Notes: generated by a model from the sequence alone, not told the origin. A stretch of 32,000 bases of DNA from Cupriavidus necator (GCF_016127575.1 NZ_CP066020.1:210001-242000); one strand, 5' to 3'; positions 8,473 through 17,000 are shown, counted from the first letter of the stretch. A program made the numbers and translations.

Positions 8473-8721
8473 TCAGTCGGCCGTCGAAGCGCAGGCGCTC
8501 GAAACGGCAGCAAAGTCGAAATGCGCGGCGGCATAGATGGCATTGCAAGCCCAGACTTCTTCGCCATCCTTGTAGAAGATGACCCATTTGCCGTCGCTGA
8601 CGCAGTGGGCGCCAGGAAACACTTCGTCATGGCCATTCGGTCCGTCCAGCGGAAAGGACGCGTGGGGTGTGGCCCAGTAGCGGCCCTTCGGTAGGGGCTC
8701 GATCGTCTTTGGCATGCTCAT
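8473..8721 (-). CDS. Small hypothetical protein (weak call)
   Basis: The internal ATG at 8721 gives MSMPKTIEPLPKGRYWATPHASFPLDGPNGHDEVFPGAHCVSDGKWVIFYKDGEEVWACNAIY. Composition is plausible, but there is no clear RBS and no recognised family. Confidence 0.3.
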   Translation of the reverse strand: MSMPKTIEPLPKGRYWATPHASFPLDGPNGHDEVFPGAHCVSDGKWVIFYKDGEEVWACNAIYAAAHFDFAAVSSACASTAD

Positions 8722-8854
8722 CAGGCCCAGTGAGGTGTTACACAAGACACCATCGCCCAGTGAAGGCGAAACGGGGGATGGTGTCACCCTGCAACAGCGA
8801 AGACCGTCCTTCGTGTAGGCTTCACCATCCAATCACCTGTTGCTACCCGTTGCG

Positions 8855-9142
8855 ATGTCGATGGCACGATACCTCTTGTTTGTGGCCCGCGCCCTCGGCG
8901 TAGGCGCCCTGATCATGATCGTCGCCATCGTCTCCCGGCAAGTATATTTGCGCAGCGCTGCGGAGGCTGCTGACGCCGGCGCAGACGAGGAGTCTGCGGA
9001 GGCTGCCGACGCCGGCGCAGACGAGGAGCCTGCGACAATGATGTTGATACGCTGCGAGACGATGCACGAACGTCTGCAGAACCGGCACAGCTCGGCTGCG
9101 AAGGCTGACGAGCGGCCACGCGCTCGTTGCAGGGAGTCCTGA
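8855..9142 (+). CDS. Small hypothetical protein with an N-terminal hydrophobic helix and a duplicated acidic 12-aa unit (weak call)
   Basis: MSMARYLLFVARALGVGALIMIVAIV is followed by AEAADAGADEES and AEAADAGADEEP, encoded by the 36-bp tandem repeat. Confidence 0.3.
   Translation: MSMARYLLFVARALGVGALIMIVAIVSRQVYLRSAAEAADAGADEESAEAADAGADEEPATMMLIRCETMHERLQNRHSSAAKADERPRARCRES
8959..9030. repeat. 2 x 36-bp tandem direct repeat
   Basis: TGCGGAGGCTGCTGACGCCGGCGCAGACGAGGAGTC at 8959-8994 is followed by TGCGGAGGCTGCCGACGCCGGCGCAGACGAGGAGCC at 8995-9030 (2 mismatches). A third unit begins with tgcga at 9031. Confidence 0.85.
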
Positions 9143-9217
9143 CTTCGGAGAACTTCCGATTAGTCGACCAGGAGCTAGGCCGCACGCCTGGTAGGCGACA
9201 GCGGCGAATGAGCCGCG

Positions 9218-9257
9218 CACAATCAATACTTTCATGATCATGAAAGTATTGATTGTG
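9218..9257. repeat. 40-bp perfect, loopless, A/T-rich palindrome
   Basis: CACAATCAATACTTTCATGA|TCATGAAAGTATTGATTGTG. The two halves are exact reverse complements. It is intergenic, downstream of the UPF0158 gene. Confidence 0.9.
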
Positions 9258-9495
9258 ACGATGGGCCCCGCGGACGGCTATGCTCGTCATCGCTAGCCGA
9301 CCCACAGCGGATCGTGGTTCAAGCGCAAGAAAATCGGCCACGTTCGGGGGAGCCGCCACTCGAACGTTCCGCATAAAGCCGTGGGCCAACGTCAGTATAT
9401 GGCCGATCTGCCAGGCAATCTGTCTGTCACGGCGGTGCCTGAATTCCCAGAGGACCACCCTTTACCGCCAGACATTGCGGCATGTCTATCCGGCG

Positions 9496-9924
9496 CTACG
9501 ACTCCAGAATCTCCAGCCCACTTTCGGCACACCATTGCCTCAGCGCTCTTTCGGCCGAGTCGGCTTCAAACGAATACCAGAGCTCGAGAATGCCTTTGCG
9601 CTCCAGCAAGTCCTTGAGGCGCGCGTAAGCGCCTTGTCGCCGGAAGAATTCTTCCACCTGGTCGCGACACTCAGGCAACTCCTGTGCAACAAATTGGAGG
9701 GCGAGACTTCGTCCAAGACCGAGTTCGTTCTTATGCGGTATCGCAAGGTAGCGGTCCGAGGTTTCAAGGTCGTCAGGAACCTCCTCGTCGAAGGTGTCGT
9801 TGTAATCAGAAGTCCAATAGACTTTGCCCGTATCGAGTGAGACATACGCGTTGTGCTCCATCGGCGCCGCGCAGCTAACGAAGTCGAATGCCATGGATAG
9901 ATCGTCGTGTTTGACTGCGACCAT
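9496..9924 (-). CDS. UPF0158-family protein
   Basis: MVAVKHDDLSMAFDFVSCAAPMEHNAYVSLDTGKVYWTSDYND...DRYLAIPHKNELGLG matches my recollection of UPF0158 (PF03682) proteins. A GGGAG RBS precedes the ATG. Confidence 0.65.
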   Translation of the reverse strand: MVAVKHDDLSMAFDFVSCAAPMEHNAYVSLDTGKVYWTSDYNDTFDEEVPDDLETSDRYLAIPHKNELGLGRSLALQFVAQELPECRDQVEEFFRRQGAYARLKDLLERKGILELWYSFEADSAERALRQWCAESGLEILES

Positions 9925-10159
9925 GTCTGTACTCCCATGGGTTGCGAGGTGAACGGCCCAGCAATATTCGGTGACAGCCGGACATCTGTCTTCGTCAAGG
10001 GCCGATGCATGATGATGGTACCGCAGCGCTCATCGCGGCCCGAAGGCCGAGCTCCATGGTCATCCACCGACCGCTGAAAGCGCATCGCCCCGCACGTACT
10101 CTTGCCAGGACAATTTCTCGGAATATCACGACGGCTTCCATGCGAGATGGAATCGAAGT

Positions 10160-11182
10160 TTAGCGGGACGTCCCCTTCACCGGTCGAGTACTGACGCGCT
10201 TCCTTGTTGCAGCCTCGTTCTGCGTTGCAGGCGGGGTCGCCACGTTTGCTTTACCGGCAACAACGTTGCCAGATGCTGATTTGCGTGGCCCTGCGGATGC
10301 CTTGACTGATGACTTCTTGGTTACCGACTTATTATCCTCCGCAGTCTTCGCATTCGCAGGTGGCTTACGGGTTGTCGAGACGGCCGACTTGGTCGCCTTC
10401 TTCGCTGTCACCTTACCTGCCGGTGGCTTGTTAAGTCTGACAGCAGGCTTCGGCGGTGGGTTAGCGTCGGCCATCTCGATGCCAAACACGTCGGCCACCA
10501 GGGCGTCGTCGAGCACCTTGCTGGTGGCGGGTCGTTTTGTCGATTTGGGCAGGCCAGCGCCGGCCTGCCTGACGAGATCATTGGCATCGACGCGGCGCAG
10601 GGCGAAGAGCAATTCCGGCTGTTGGTCGAGCCGCGCGCCGATGCCGTAAAGTACGGCAGCAACGTGCTTGCACATTGACGCCCAGTCCGGACAACTGCAA
10701 CTGAACCTGATGTCTTCCGGCATCGGGAAAAGACCGCTGCGAGGTTTGCAGATGCGCTCCATCACGGCTGTCGAGAGCTTGCCCTGCAAGAGTTCCACGA
10801 TCGAATCGATCGATTCCGCGCAATCGGCGCCGATCGCTCGCCATTGCTTTGCGGGACATGCCGTCACGGTCACAGCGACCGTGTACAGACTCGAACCCAT
10901 TACCTGCGCGCGGACTTCGCCTGCCGTAATCTGAAGGTCGATCACGGAACCGTTGCGCACATAGGTACGGCCGCGCGGCAGGCGGTTGGCATAGTCGCTG
11001 TAGCTTTCCAGATTGTCGCACCAGGCCTTGCCCCAGAAGGTCTTGGCGATGGCACCGCGGTATGAGGCGATTGGCGACAGCACCGAACCAGCCTTCTTCG
11101 CCTTCTCGGCGGCTCGTTCAGCCTTCTTTCTGCGCTCGGCGACTGAGACATAGGGCTTCCATCCCCCGTAACCGTAACCCAT
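10160..11182 (-). CDS. SWIM zinc-finger protein (SNF2-helicase partner) with a Lys/Ala/Pro/Thr-rich basic C-terminal tail
   Basis: The N-terminus is WKPYVSVAERRKKAERAAEKAKKAG...FWGKAWCDNLE...RLPRGRTYVRNGSV. The SWIM motif is FSCSCPDWASMCKHVAAVLY. The last ~115 aa (about 10160-10505) are a low-complexity basic tail (KVTAKKATKSAVSTTRKPPANAKTAEDNKSVTKKSSVKAS...). An AAGAGGAA RBS lies 18 nt after the helicase stop. Confidence 0.85.
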   Translation of the reverse strand: MGYGYGGWKPYVSVAERRKKAERAAEKAKKAGSVLSPIASYRGAIAKTFWGKAWCDNLESYSDYANRLPRGRTYVRNGSVIDLQITAGEVRAQVMGSSLYTVAVTVTACPAKQWRAIGADCAESIDSIVELLQGKLSTAVMERICKPRSGLFPMPEDIRFSCSCPDWASMCKHVAAVLYGIGARLDQQPELLFALRRVDANDLVRQAGAGLPKSTKRPATSKVLDDALVADVFGIEMADANPPPKPAVRLNKPPAGKVTAKKATKSAVSTTRKPPANAKTAEDNKSVTKKSSVKASAGPRKSASGNVVAGKANVATPPATQNEAATRKRVSTRPVKGTSR

Positions 11183-11200
11183 TCCGGTTCCTCTTGACGA

Positions 11201-13900
11201 TCAGTTTTCTTGCGCGGCATGAACGTCGAGCTTCACGAGATCGAGCAATTCACGATTGCTCATCTCGGTAAGCAGGAGTTCTGCGCCGCCTTCCAACACA
11301 TCCTTCACCAATTGCTGCTTCGCTTCGATCAACTGGTCGATACGGTCCTCGACCGTGCCACGGCAGATAAACTTATGCACCAGGACGTTCCTCCGCTGGC
11401 CGATACGAAATGCACGATCAGTCGCCTGGTTTTCCACCGCCGGGTTCCACCAGCGGTCGTAGTGGATCACATGCGACGCGGCGGTGAGATTCAGACCTGC
11501 CCCACCGGCCTTGAGCGAGAGCACGAAGAAGGGGGTCAGCTCATCTTCCTGGAATCGCTTGACCAGTTCGCGGCGCTTGGCGACCGGGGTGCCGCCATGA
11601 AGCACCAGACCTTCGCGGCCAAAGATCGAACCTAGAAAAGCCGCCAGCGGCTCAGTGGTCTCGCGGAACTGGGTGAATACCAGCACCTTTTCCTGTTTGG
11701 CGGCAATGACTTCGGCCAGTTGGCGCAGGCGGGCGAACTTGCCACTGTCTTCCGCCTTCCAGGCGGCGTCGCCCAACCACTGCGACGGATGATTGCATAT
11801 CTGTTTGAAGCGCATCAGGTAGCTCAGCACGACACCCTTGCGACCGATGCCGTCGGCATCTTCAAGCGCGGCAGCCAGATCCTTCACCGCACGCTGATAC
11901 AGTGCCGCCTGGCTCGGGCTCAGGTGGCACCAGGCCTTGAGCTCGGTCTTGTCCGGAAGGTCGTCGATTATCCGCTTGTCGGTCTTCAGGCGGCGCAGGA
12001 TGTAGGGCCGTACGAGCGTTCGCAGCGGACCGAAGTGCTCGGCCTTCGCCAGCCGCCTGGTAAAGTCGGCAAAGACTTTGTCTGAGCCCAGCAATCCGGG
12101 GTGGGTGAAATCGAAGATGGACCACAGATCGGACAGGCGGTTTTCCACGGGAGTGCCGGTCAGCGCGATGCGCGATTGTGCCTGGAGCTGCTTGACCTGT
12201 CGCGTTTGCTTGGCGCCCGGATTTTTTATCGCCTGTGCTTCGTCGACAATGGCAACGCGCCATTGGAAGGCTCCCAGTACCGGCTGGCGAAGAAGCGCGC
12301 CAAAGCTGGTGATGACGAGATCGATGTCCGCAAGTCGCGCCGGGTCCAGCGCACGCAATTCGGCCGTCGGCATGGCCGACGGATGGGCGATCAGTAGGCG
12401 CAAGCCGGGGGCAAAGCGCTCAGCCTCTGCCGCCCAGTTGGCCAGCAGCGATGCAGGGGCGACCAGCAGACTGGGCCGCGCCTCGGCACTTTCTCGCTTC
12501 AGCACGAGCAGAAGCGAGAGTACCTGCATGGTCTTGCCCAGGCCCATATCATCCGCCAGGCAAGCGCCCAAACCGAGCCGGGTGAGCAGGTACAACCACC
12601 GCACGCCGGCCTGTTGGTAGGGCCGCAGGGTGGCCTTCAGTTCCGGTCCCGGGCTGATCTGCGCCAACCCCTCTGGCTGACGCAACTCCTGCAGGGTGTC
12701 AGCCAGCCAGGGCCCTGCAACAAGCTGCGACCAGTCGCGGTCAGCGGGGTCGGCACTATCGTCGAGCGAAACCCCCGCCAGAAGGCGTAGAGCCTCATTA
12801 AGCGGCAGACCGCTTCGCGCCGCCTTTTCCATGGCCTCGAATCGCTTCATGAGACGACTGAGCTTTTTCTTGTCCACCTCGACCCAGCGACCACGGATGA
12901 GCTGCAAGCCGTCGGCGCCTTTGAGCAGATTCCTGACCTCGGTGGCGCTGAGACACTCGCCATCGAGCGAAACCTCCATGCTAAAGTCCAGCAACGCGTC
13001 TTTGCCCAAGAGCGAGGGTGGCCGTGCTCCGACACTGGCTTTCACAACGGGACGAGCAGGGCGGCCCGCCTGCCAGACGCCTGGCATGCGTACGACAATC
13101 CCGGCAGCTTCGAGTTTGGACAGGTCCGAGAGAAGGCGATGGGCATCGAGCGGCGTCCAGCGCAGCGGATGGTATATCTCGCCGGTATCCACCATTTCGC
13201 GAAGCCAGTCGCAGTGTTCCGCGGCGCGCTGCACCGGCAGCAGTAATGACAGGAGCTGCGCCTTGCTCCTGACTCCCGAGAATTCCGCCAGGGCCTGCGA
13301 CAGTGGCTGATGTTGCGCTTTACCATGGGCCGACAGACGCGACGTGTAAGTCGCAAGGAAGGCGAACGGTGACTCCGGGTCCTTGCGGTTCTCAGCAAGG
13401 TTGAAATGCACGCGGCCGACGAGATTCCAGGCCGGGTGACGCAGCTTGAGGAAATCCTGAAGCGAGACGTTTGCGGTCGCCAGTTCCTGGTGCAAGGCAG
13501 TATCGATCTCGCCCCACAACGTGCCCAGCACGGCTGGCGTCAGATACTCGCCGCCCGTCATCGGCGGTGCATCGTCAATCATGGCATCGAAATCCTTGGC
13601 AGCAGGCGTTGCGACCGCGATCTCGCCGCCTTCGGGCGTGGCGCACAAGGCAGTGACATAGCGCGCCGCAAAATCACGCCACCAGGCCCATGCAGGGGGC
13701 AAAATGCGGCCGATTTCGGCCGTTCCCAGGTGCAGCAGGCCATGTCCCGCGCCAAGCGCAAAAGAACTCTCAAGCCGCTGTCGCGTTTCATCTGCCAAGA
13801 TTGGCGCGGCGTCCTCCGGCACTGCAAGCAGGTGCCCGCCGGGCGTCAGGTGTGGCACAAGAATGTCGGGCGCAGTCACAGGTGCCCGTTCCAATCGCAC
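11201..13900 (-). CDS. SNF2-family DEAD/DEAH helicase (HelZ/YwqA-like, with an SNF2-associated N-terminal region)
   Basis: LRPYQQAGVRWL...LADDMGLGKT (motif I), AIVDEAQAIKN (DEAQ box), LTGTPVENRL, and the C-terminal helicase block GGAGLNLTAASHVIHYDRWWNPAVENQATDRAFRIGQ. The start is a GTG at 13900 and is uncertain. Confidence 0.9.
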   Translation of the reverse strand: MRLERAPVTAPDILVPHLTPGGHLLAVPEDAAPILADETRQRLESSFALGAGHGLLHLGTAEIGRILPPAWAWWRDFAARYVTALCATPEGGEIAVATPAAKDFDAMIDDAPPMTGGEYLTPAVLGTLWGEIDTALHQELATANVSLQDFLKLRHPAWNLVGRVHFNLAENRKDPESPFAFLATYTSRLSAHGKAQHQPLSQALAEFSGVRSKAQLLSLLLPVQRAAEHCDWLREMVDTGEIYHPLRWTPLDAHRLLSDLSKLEAAGIVVRMPGVWQAGRPARPVVKASVGARPPSLLGKDALLDFSMEVSLDGECLSATEVRNLLKGADGLQLIRGRWVEVDKKKLSRLMKRFEAMEKAARSGLPLNEALRLLAGVSLDDSADPADRDWSQLVAGPWLADTLQELRQPEGLAQISPGPELKATLRPYQQAGVRWLYLLTRLGLGACLADDMGLGKTMQVLSLLLVLKRESAEARPSLLVAPASLLANWAAEAERFAPGLRLLIAHPSAMPTAELRALDPARLADIDLVITSFGALLRQPVLGAFQWRVAIVDEAQAIKNPGAKQTRQVKQLQAQSRIALTGTPVENRLSDLWSIFDFTHPGLLGSDKVFADFTRRLAKAEHFGPLRTLVRPYILRRLKTDKRIIDDLPDKTELKAWCHLSPSQAALYQRAVKDLAAALEDADGIGRKGVVLSYLMRFKQICNHPSQWLGDAAWKAEDSGKFARLRQLAEVIAAKQEKVLVFTQFRETTEPLAAFLGSIFGREGLVLHGGTPVAKRRELVKRFQEDELTPFFVLSLKAGGAGLNLTAASHVIHYDRWWNPAVENQATDRAFRIGQRRNVLVHKFICRGTVEDRIDQLIEAKQQLVKDVLEGGAELLLTEMSNRELLDLVKLDVHAAQEN

Positions 13901-14124
13901 TGTTTCAGCAAGCGCTGAAGCTGCATGTTTTCAAGGGAAGCGGCTGCGAAATCCACCAGCAGGCCCTCCGGCCTAGGTTGGACTGGGTAAATCTTCGATT
14001 GCCTCTGGACCGACCGAATGATCGGCTCAAGCAACCCTCCAGGGTATGCCTGCCTGCTGCGCTGCACATGTCTTGTGAACTGTCTATTCATCTGCTGTAG
14101 GACAACCTGTTTGCTAGTAATCAC
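13876..14124 (-). CDS. Possible small leader ORF upstream of the SNF2 gene (weak call)
   Basis: This 82-aa ORF (MITSKQVVLQQMNRQFTRHVQRSRQ...) has a Gln-rich, non-shadow composition in a locally A/T-richer stretch. It overlaps the annotated GTG start of the helicase by 25 nt. I recognise no family. Confidence 0.25.
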   Translation of the reverse strand: MITSKQVVLQQMNRQFTRHVQRSRQAYPGGLLEPIIRSVQRQSKIYPVQPRPEGLLVDFAAASLENMQLQRLLKQCDWNGHL

Positions 14125-14528
14125 TCACGCAAATTCGCTCCCGGCTCCGCTACCGAATTTTGCCAAAGGCAAGCACGACTTTCCATGAAAGGGTACCAAA
14201 ACCTCAGTCACACGAGATGGGATGCCGCCGGCGTCCCCCGCACGGCGAAAATCAGCTGGCGCGCTTGTTACAAACGACAAAATGGCGGAGTGTCCCGAAT
14301 GGCCTGAATCGCTTCGAAGGCGAGTGACGGGGCGAATGGCAGTTGCCTCGGCAGAGCCGACCGTTCGAGTGTCTGGAGATGGCCGGCTACGCGCGGCGGA
14401 GTCTGGCATCTCGGCTGCCCTTGGCCGCGCCGGCCGAGTCCGTTGCAATACAACGAAGAGATAGACCTCTGTTAGGCAGGCACACGTACGGTTATACTCC
14501 GCGCTTCACAACTAACGGGTAATCCATA

Positions 14529-14987
14529 ATGGTCGCTGCAACGAAAGCAACGAAGGTCAGTGCAGTCTCGAAGAACAAGTCTGCCGCCAAGAAGGTGGCC
14601 GTGCCAACGAAAAAGGCCAGCGTGCTCGCGCGTGAGGCTCAGGCGGCGAAAAAGCGCTTGCTGAAGCTGCGCGCCGACATGAAGAAGGCCATTGAGGCAG
14701 CAAAGCGCGAAGTTGCGCAGGCAGTGGAAGCCGCCAGGTCCGCGCTTCGCTTCGAGAAGCAAGCCGCAAAGGACAAGCTGGCGGCGAAGAAGGCAAAGGC
14801 TGCGGACGCCAAGAAGGCCGCGGGCAAAGTGGCCGCCACGAAGGCAGCCCCGAAAAAGGCAGTGACCGGTACCAAAGCCTCCGTGAAAGCTGCGCCGAAG
14901 AAGGCCGCAGTGAAAGCCGTGACGAAGAAGCGGACTCCCGCAAAGGCAGTGGTGCCGACCGTGGCGACACCCGAAGTTTCGGCGTGA
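14529..14987 (+). CDS. Histone-H1-like Lys/Ala-rich nucleoid-associated protein
   Basis: The 152-aa protein is dominated by AKK/KKA repeats (KNKSAAKKVAVPTKKAS...AAKKAKAADAKKAAGKVAATKAAPKKAVTGTKASVKAAPKKAAVKAVTKK) around a central helical segment. The overlapping minus-strand ORFs are Cys/Arg/Gly-rich shadows. Confidence 0.6.
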   Translation: MVAATKATKVSAVSKNKSAAKKVAVPTKKASVLAREAQAAKKRLLKLRADMKKAIEAAKREVAQAVEAARSALRFEKQAAKDKLAAKKAKAADAKKAAGKVAATKAAPKKAVTGTKASVKAAPKKAAVKAVTKKRTPAKAVVPTVATPEVSA

Positions 14988-15151
14988 TTTTGGCCTCGGC
15001 CGGTATGGCACTTCGCCGACCGGTCGATGACCGAAGATGGGCGCACAGCTTGCGCCAAGCCTGCTCGACTGAGTCGTGTATCGAGCCATTAGCTCAGCAA
15101 ATTAGAGGCAAGTTGTGCGAACATCAGGGTAGAATTTCGCGCGACGTTATA

Positions 15152-15239
15152 GGGCCGGACGCCGTGTTGGTTGCAGGCAGCGGACTCATAATCCGCCGGA
15201 GACATCCCACCGTGGGTTCGAATCCCACCCGGCCCACCA
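15152..15239 (+). tRNA. Class-II-type (long variable arm) tRNA with anticodon CAU; CCA encoded
   Basis: My manual fold of the 88 nt is:
- Acceptor stem GGGCCGG/CCGGCCC (7 bp).
- A8 C9.
- D-stem GCC/GGC (3 bp).
- D-loop GTGTTGGTTGCA, which contains the GG.
- A26.
- Anticodon stem GCGGA/TCCGC.
- Anticodon loop C-T-CAT-A-A.
- 15-nt variable region CGGAGACATCCCACC (GGA/TCC mini-stem).
- T-arm GTGGG-TTCGAAT-CCCAC.
- Discriminator A, then CCA. Confidence 0.75.
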
Positions 15240-15678
15240 GGTTTGCGTCTGCCATTACTGCTCGATGAGGATGAACTGCGTAGCCGATGCATTTGCCGGC
15301 TCGCCTTGGATGGCCGCGCCCGAGTCGCGCCTGGCAGGTGAGCCTAGCATCGCGATCTTTGACGATCGCACCCGACTGGTGTGCTATGACAGCTCCGCTG
15401 GTCGAGCCCGGAGGTACAAGCGGCAATCGCACAACTTGAGGCTCCAATTCTGGATTGCTCAGGGCGTCTCGCTGACAACCGATCTGGCGAATTCCATGAT
15501 CGCGCACGGCTACCGTGCTATCGGCATCGGTATGGCTGGTCTCTACGCCAACGTGGGCTGGCGTAGGTCATCGACGACATCGATCGACTGAAGTTCGCCG
15601 GTCGAAGGTAGGCTGGAGTGGAAGGGCGCCTACGCCTCGCCTACCTGAAATGCGCTGATTGGGCGAGACGCCAGCGTC

Positions 15679-16772
15679 TTACATGTCGTCTCGTGTCATA
15701 TCGCAAATCCAAGGGAAGACTTCAGTATGCCAGACAGGTCCACGGAACAAGTCATAGTGAGTACAACCGGCAATCGTGACCAGTCGCCTGTCGTGCGCGG
15801 ATAGGCCTCGGCACAGGTCATGCGCGGCGTGGGTCTGCCCGCGGCCGGATATGTCGTCGAGCTCGCCTTCGATGGTAAGCAAGGCGGTGGAACGGATGTC
15901 CTGGGGACGCACCAACTGACCTCGCACTCGCCAGGTGCCAAAGGCGATCTGAAACTCCTGAAACACGGTCCGAACCGTGTCGAGATAAAACTCGGCGGCC
16001 ATGTCGAGCACCGCGCTGTAGTCCAGCAATGCTTGCCAGTGAACATTGGCTCGCTCGGCATCGCCACGAGCAAGGTTTGCCCAGTACCCTTCACATAGGC
16101 CCCATAGCGGTGATGACTGCGCAGCGGCGAGACCGGAAAGTTGCACAAAACTCGGACAGACCTGACGTCCAGCACCTGCATAGGGATGCGGCACTGGGTA
16201 AACCAGATTGCGTCGGAACCACTGGATAGAGCGGCTCGAGGCGAGGCGCCCAATTGCAGTGGGGCTGCGACGCGCGTCAATCGGACCGCCGATGAGAGTC
16301 AGGCTGGTTGGCGTCGCCTCATCGCGGCTTGCCAACAGCGCGATGGCGCCATTGCTCCAGTCAGTGACATAGACAATGTGCTCTTGCAGTAGCGATTGCA
16401 CCACGTCGCGAAGCATGACGGCGTGATGCCCGGCAAGCGGCGCACAGACGAGTACCGCGGGAATCCCTTGCTGCCCGTTATCATGCCCAACCGCTGGGGC
16501 AGCTTCAAAGCGCAGCAGGCGGCAAAAAGGGCTTTCCGATACGAGTTGCTCGACCACGGGAACAACACGGCCGTCACGAAGGATAGCGGTAACGCCAAAC
16601 GTCGGTTCCTCGCTGGCCGTGCTCAAGCGATACAGGTTTTCCCAGCAGGCGGCCAAGTTCCCGGCCCCCGGAAGATATGCAAGTGGACTAGAGGGCTGAC
16701 CAAGGCTCGGGCAGATTCATCCGCCCACGCCTTCATCAGGGTCCGCTGATATTCAAAAATCTGATAGAGCAT
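15679..16772 (-). pseudogene. phaZ: Intracellular PHB/PHA depolymerase (PhaZ-type) relic with a frameshift and an internal deletion
   Basis: The 325-aa ORF (15679-16656) carries PhaZ-type blocks: GGPIDARRSPTA, LDMAAEFYLDTVRTVFQEF, TIEGELDDISGRGQTHAAHDLC. The expected N-terminus MLYQIFEYQRTLMKAWADESARALVSPL starts at 16772 in a different frame. Only about 10 residues separate VYVTDW from the LLASRDEATPTSLTLIGGPIDAR block, where characterised PhaZ has several tens of residues including the nucleophile box (from memory). Confidence 0.7.
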
Positions 16773-17000
16773 GCGGACCCCAAACCAACGAATGCGTCAG
16801 GAGAAAGAGCGCCATCACTCCGAAATTGCGGACGTTGACGCGCTACCGCAAAGCGCATTGTCAAGGTGCGTGGCACTCACGGCGGTCAGCAGAACGCTAA
16901 AGACGCTGCCCTGAAGCCACGTTGAGGTCGCCAACTTCAAGCGGAGATGACCGTTTTCTGCCGTGGAGCCGGCGGCTCCGTTTGCGCCCAAGTTTAACGC

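Noticed and set aside
9280-10085. ORFs of 186 aa (plus strand) and 181 aa (minus strand) around the UPF0158 gene
   Set aside because: Both overlap the well-supported 9496-9924 gene in other frames or on the other strand, and their composition is Arg/Ser/Thr/Pro-rich.
14472-15089. A 205-aa minus-strand ORF, and others, antisense to the H1-like gene
   Set aside because: It is Cys/Arg/Gly/Leu-rich, being the mirror image of an AAG/GCC-repeat coding sequence. The plus-strand Lys/Ala-rich reading is the biologically familiar one.
15152-15239. Interpreting the tRNA as selC (tRNA-Sec) or as an allo-tRNA
   Set aside because: The acceptor and T stems are 7/5, not 8/5, 8/4 or 9/3. The D-stem is 3 bp, not 6 bp. 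With U33 in its canonical place the anticodon reads CAU, not UCA.
15265-15591. A 108-aa plus-strand ORF just after the tRNA
   Set aside because: It has no RBS or family resemblance and its composition is mixed. It could be a gene relic, but I cannot support it.
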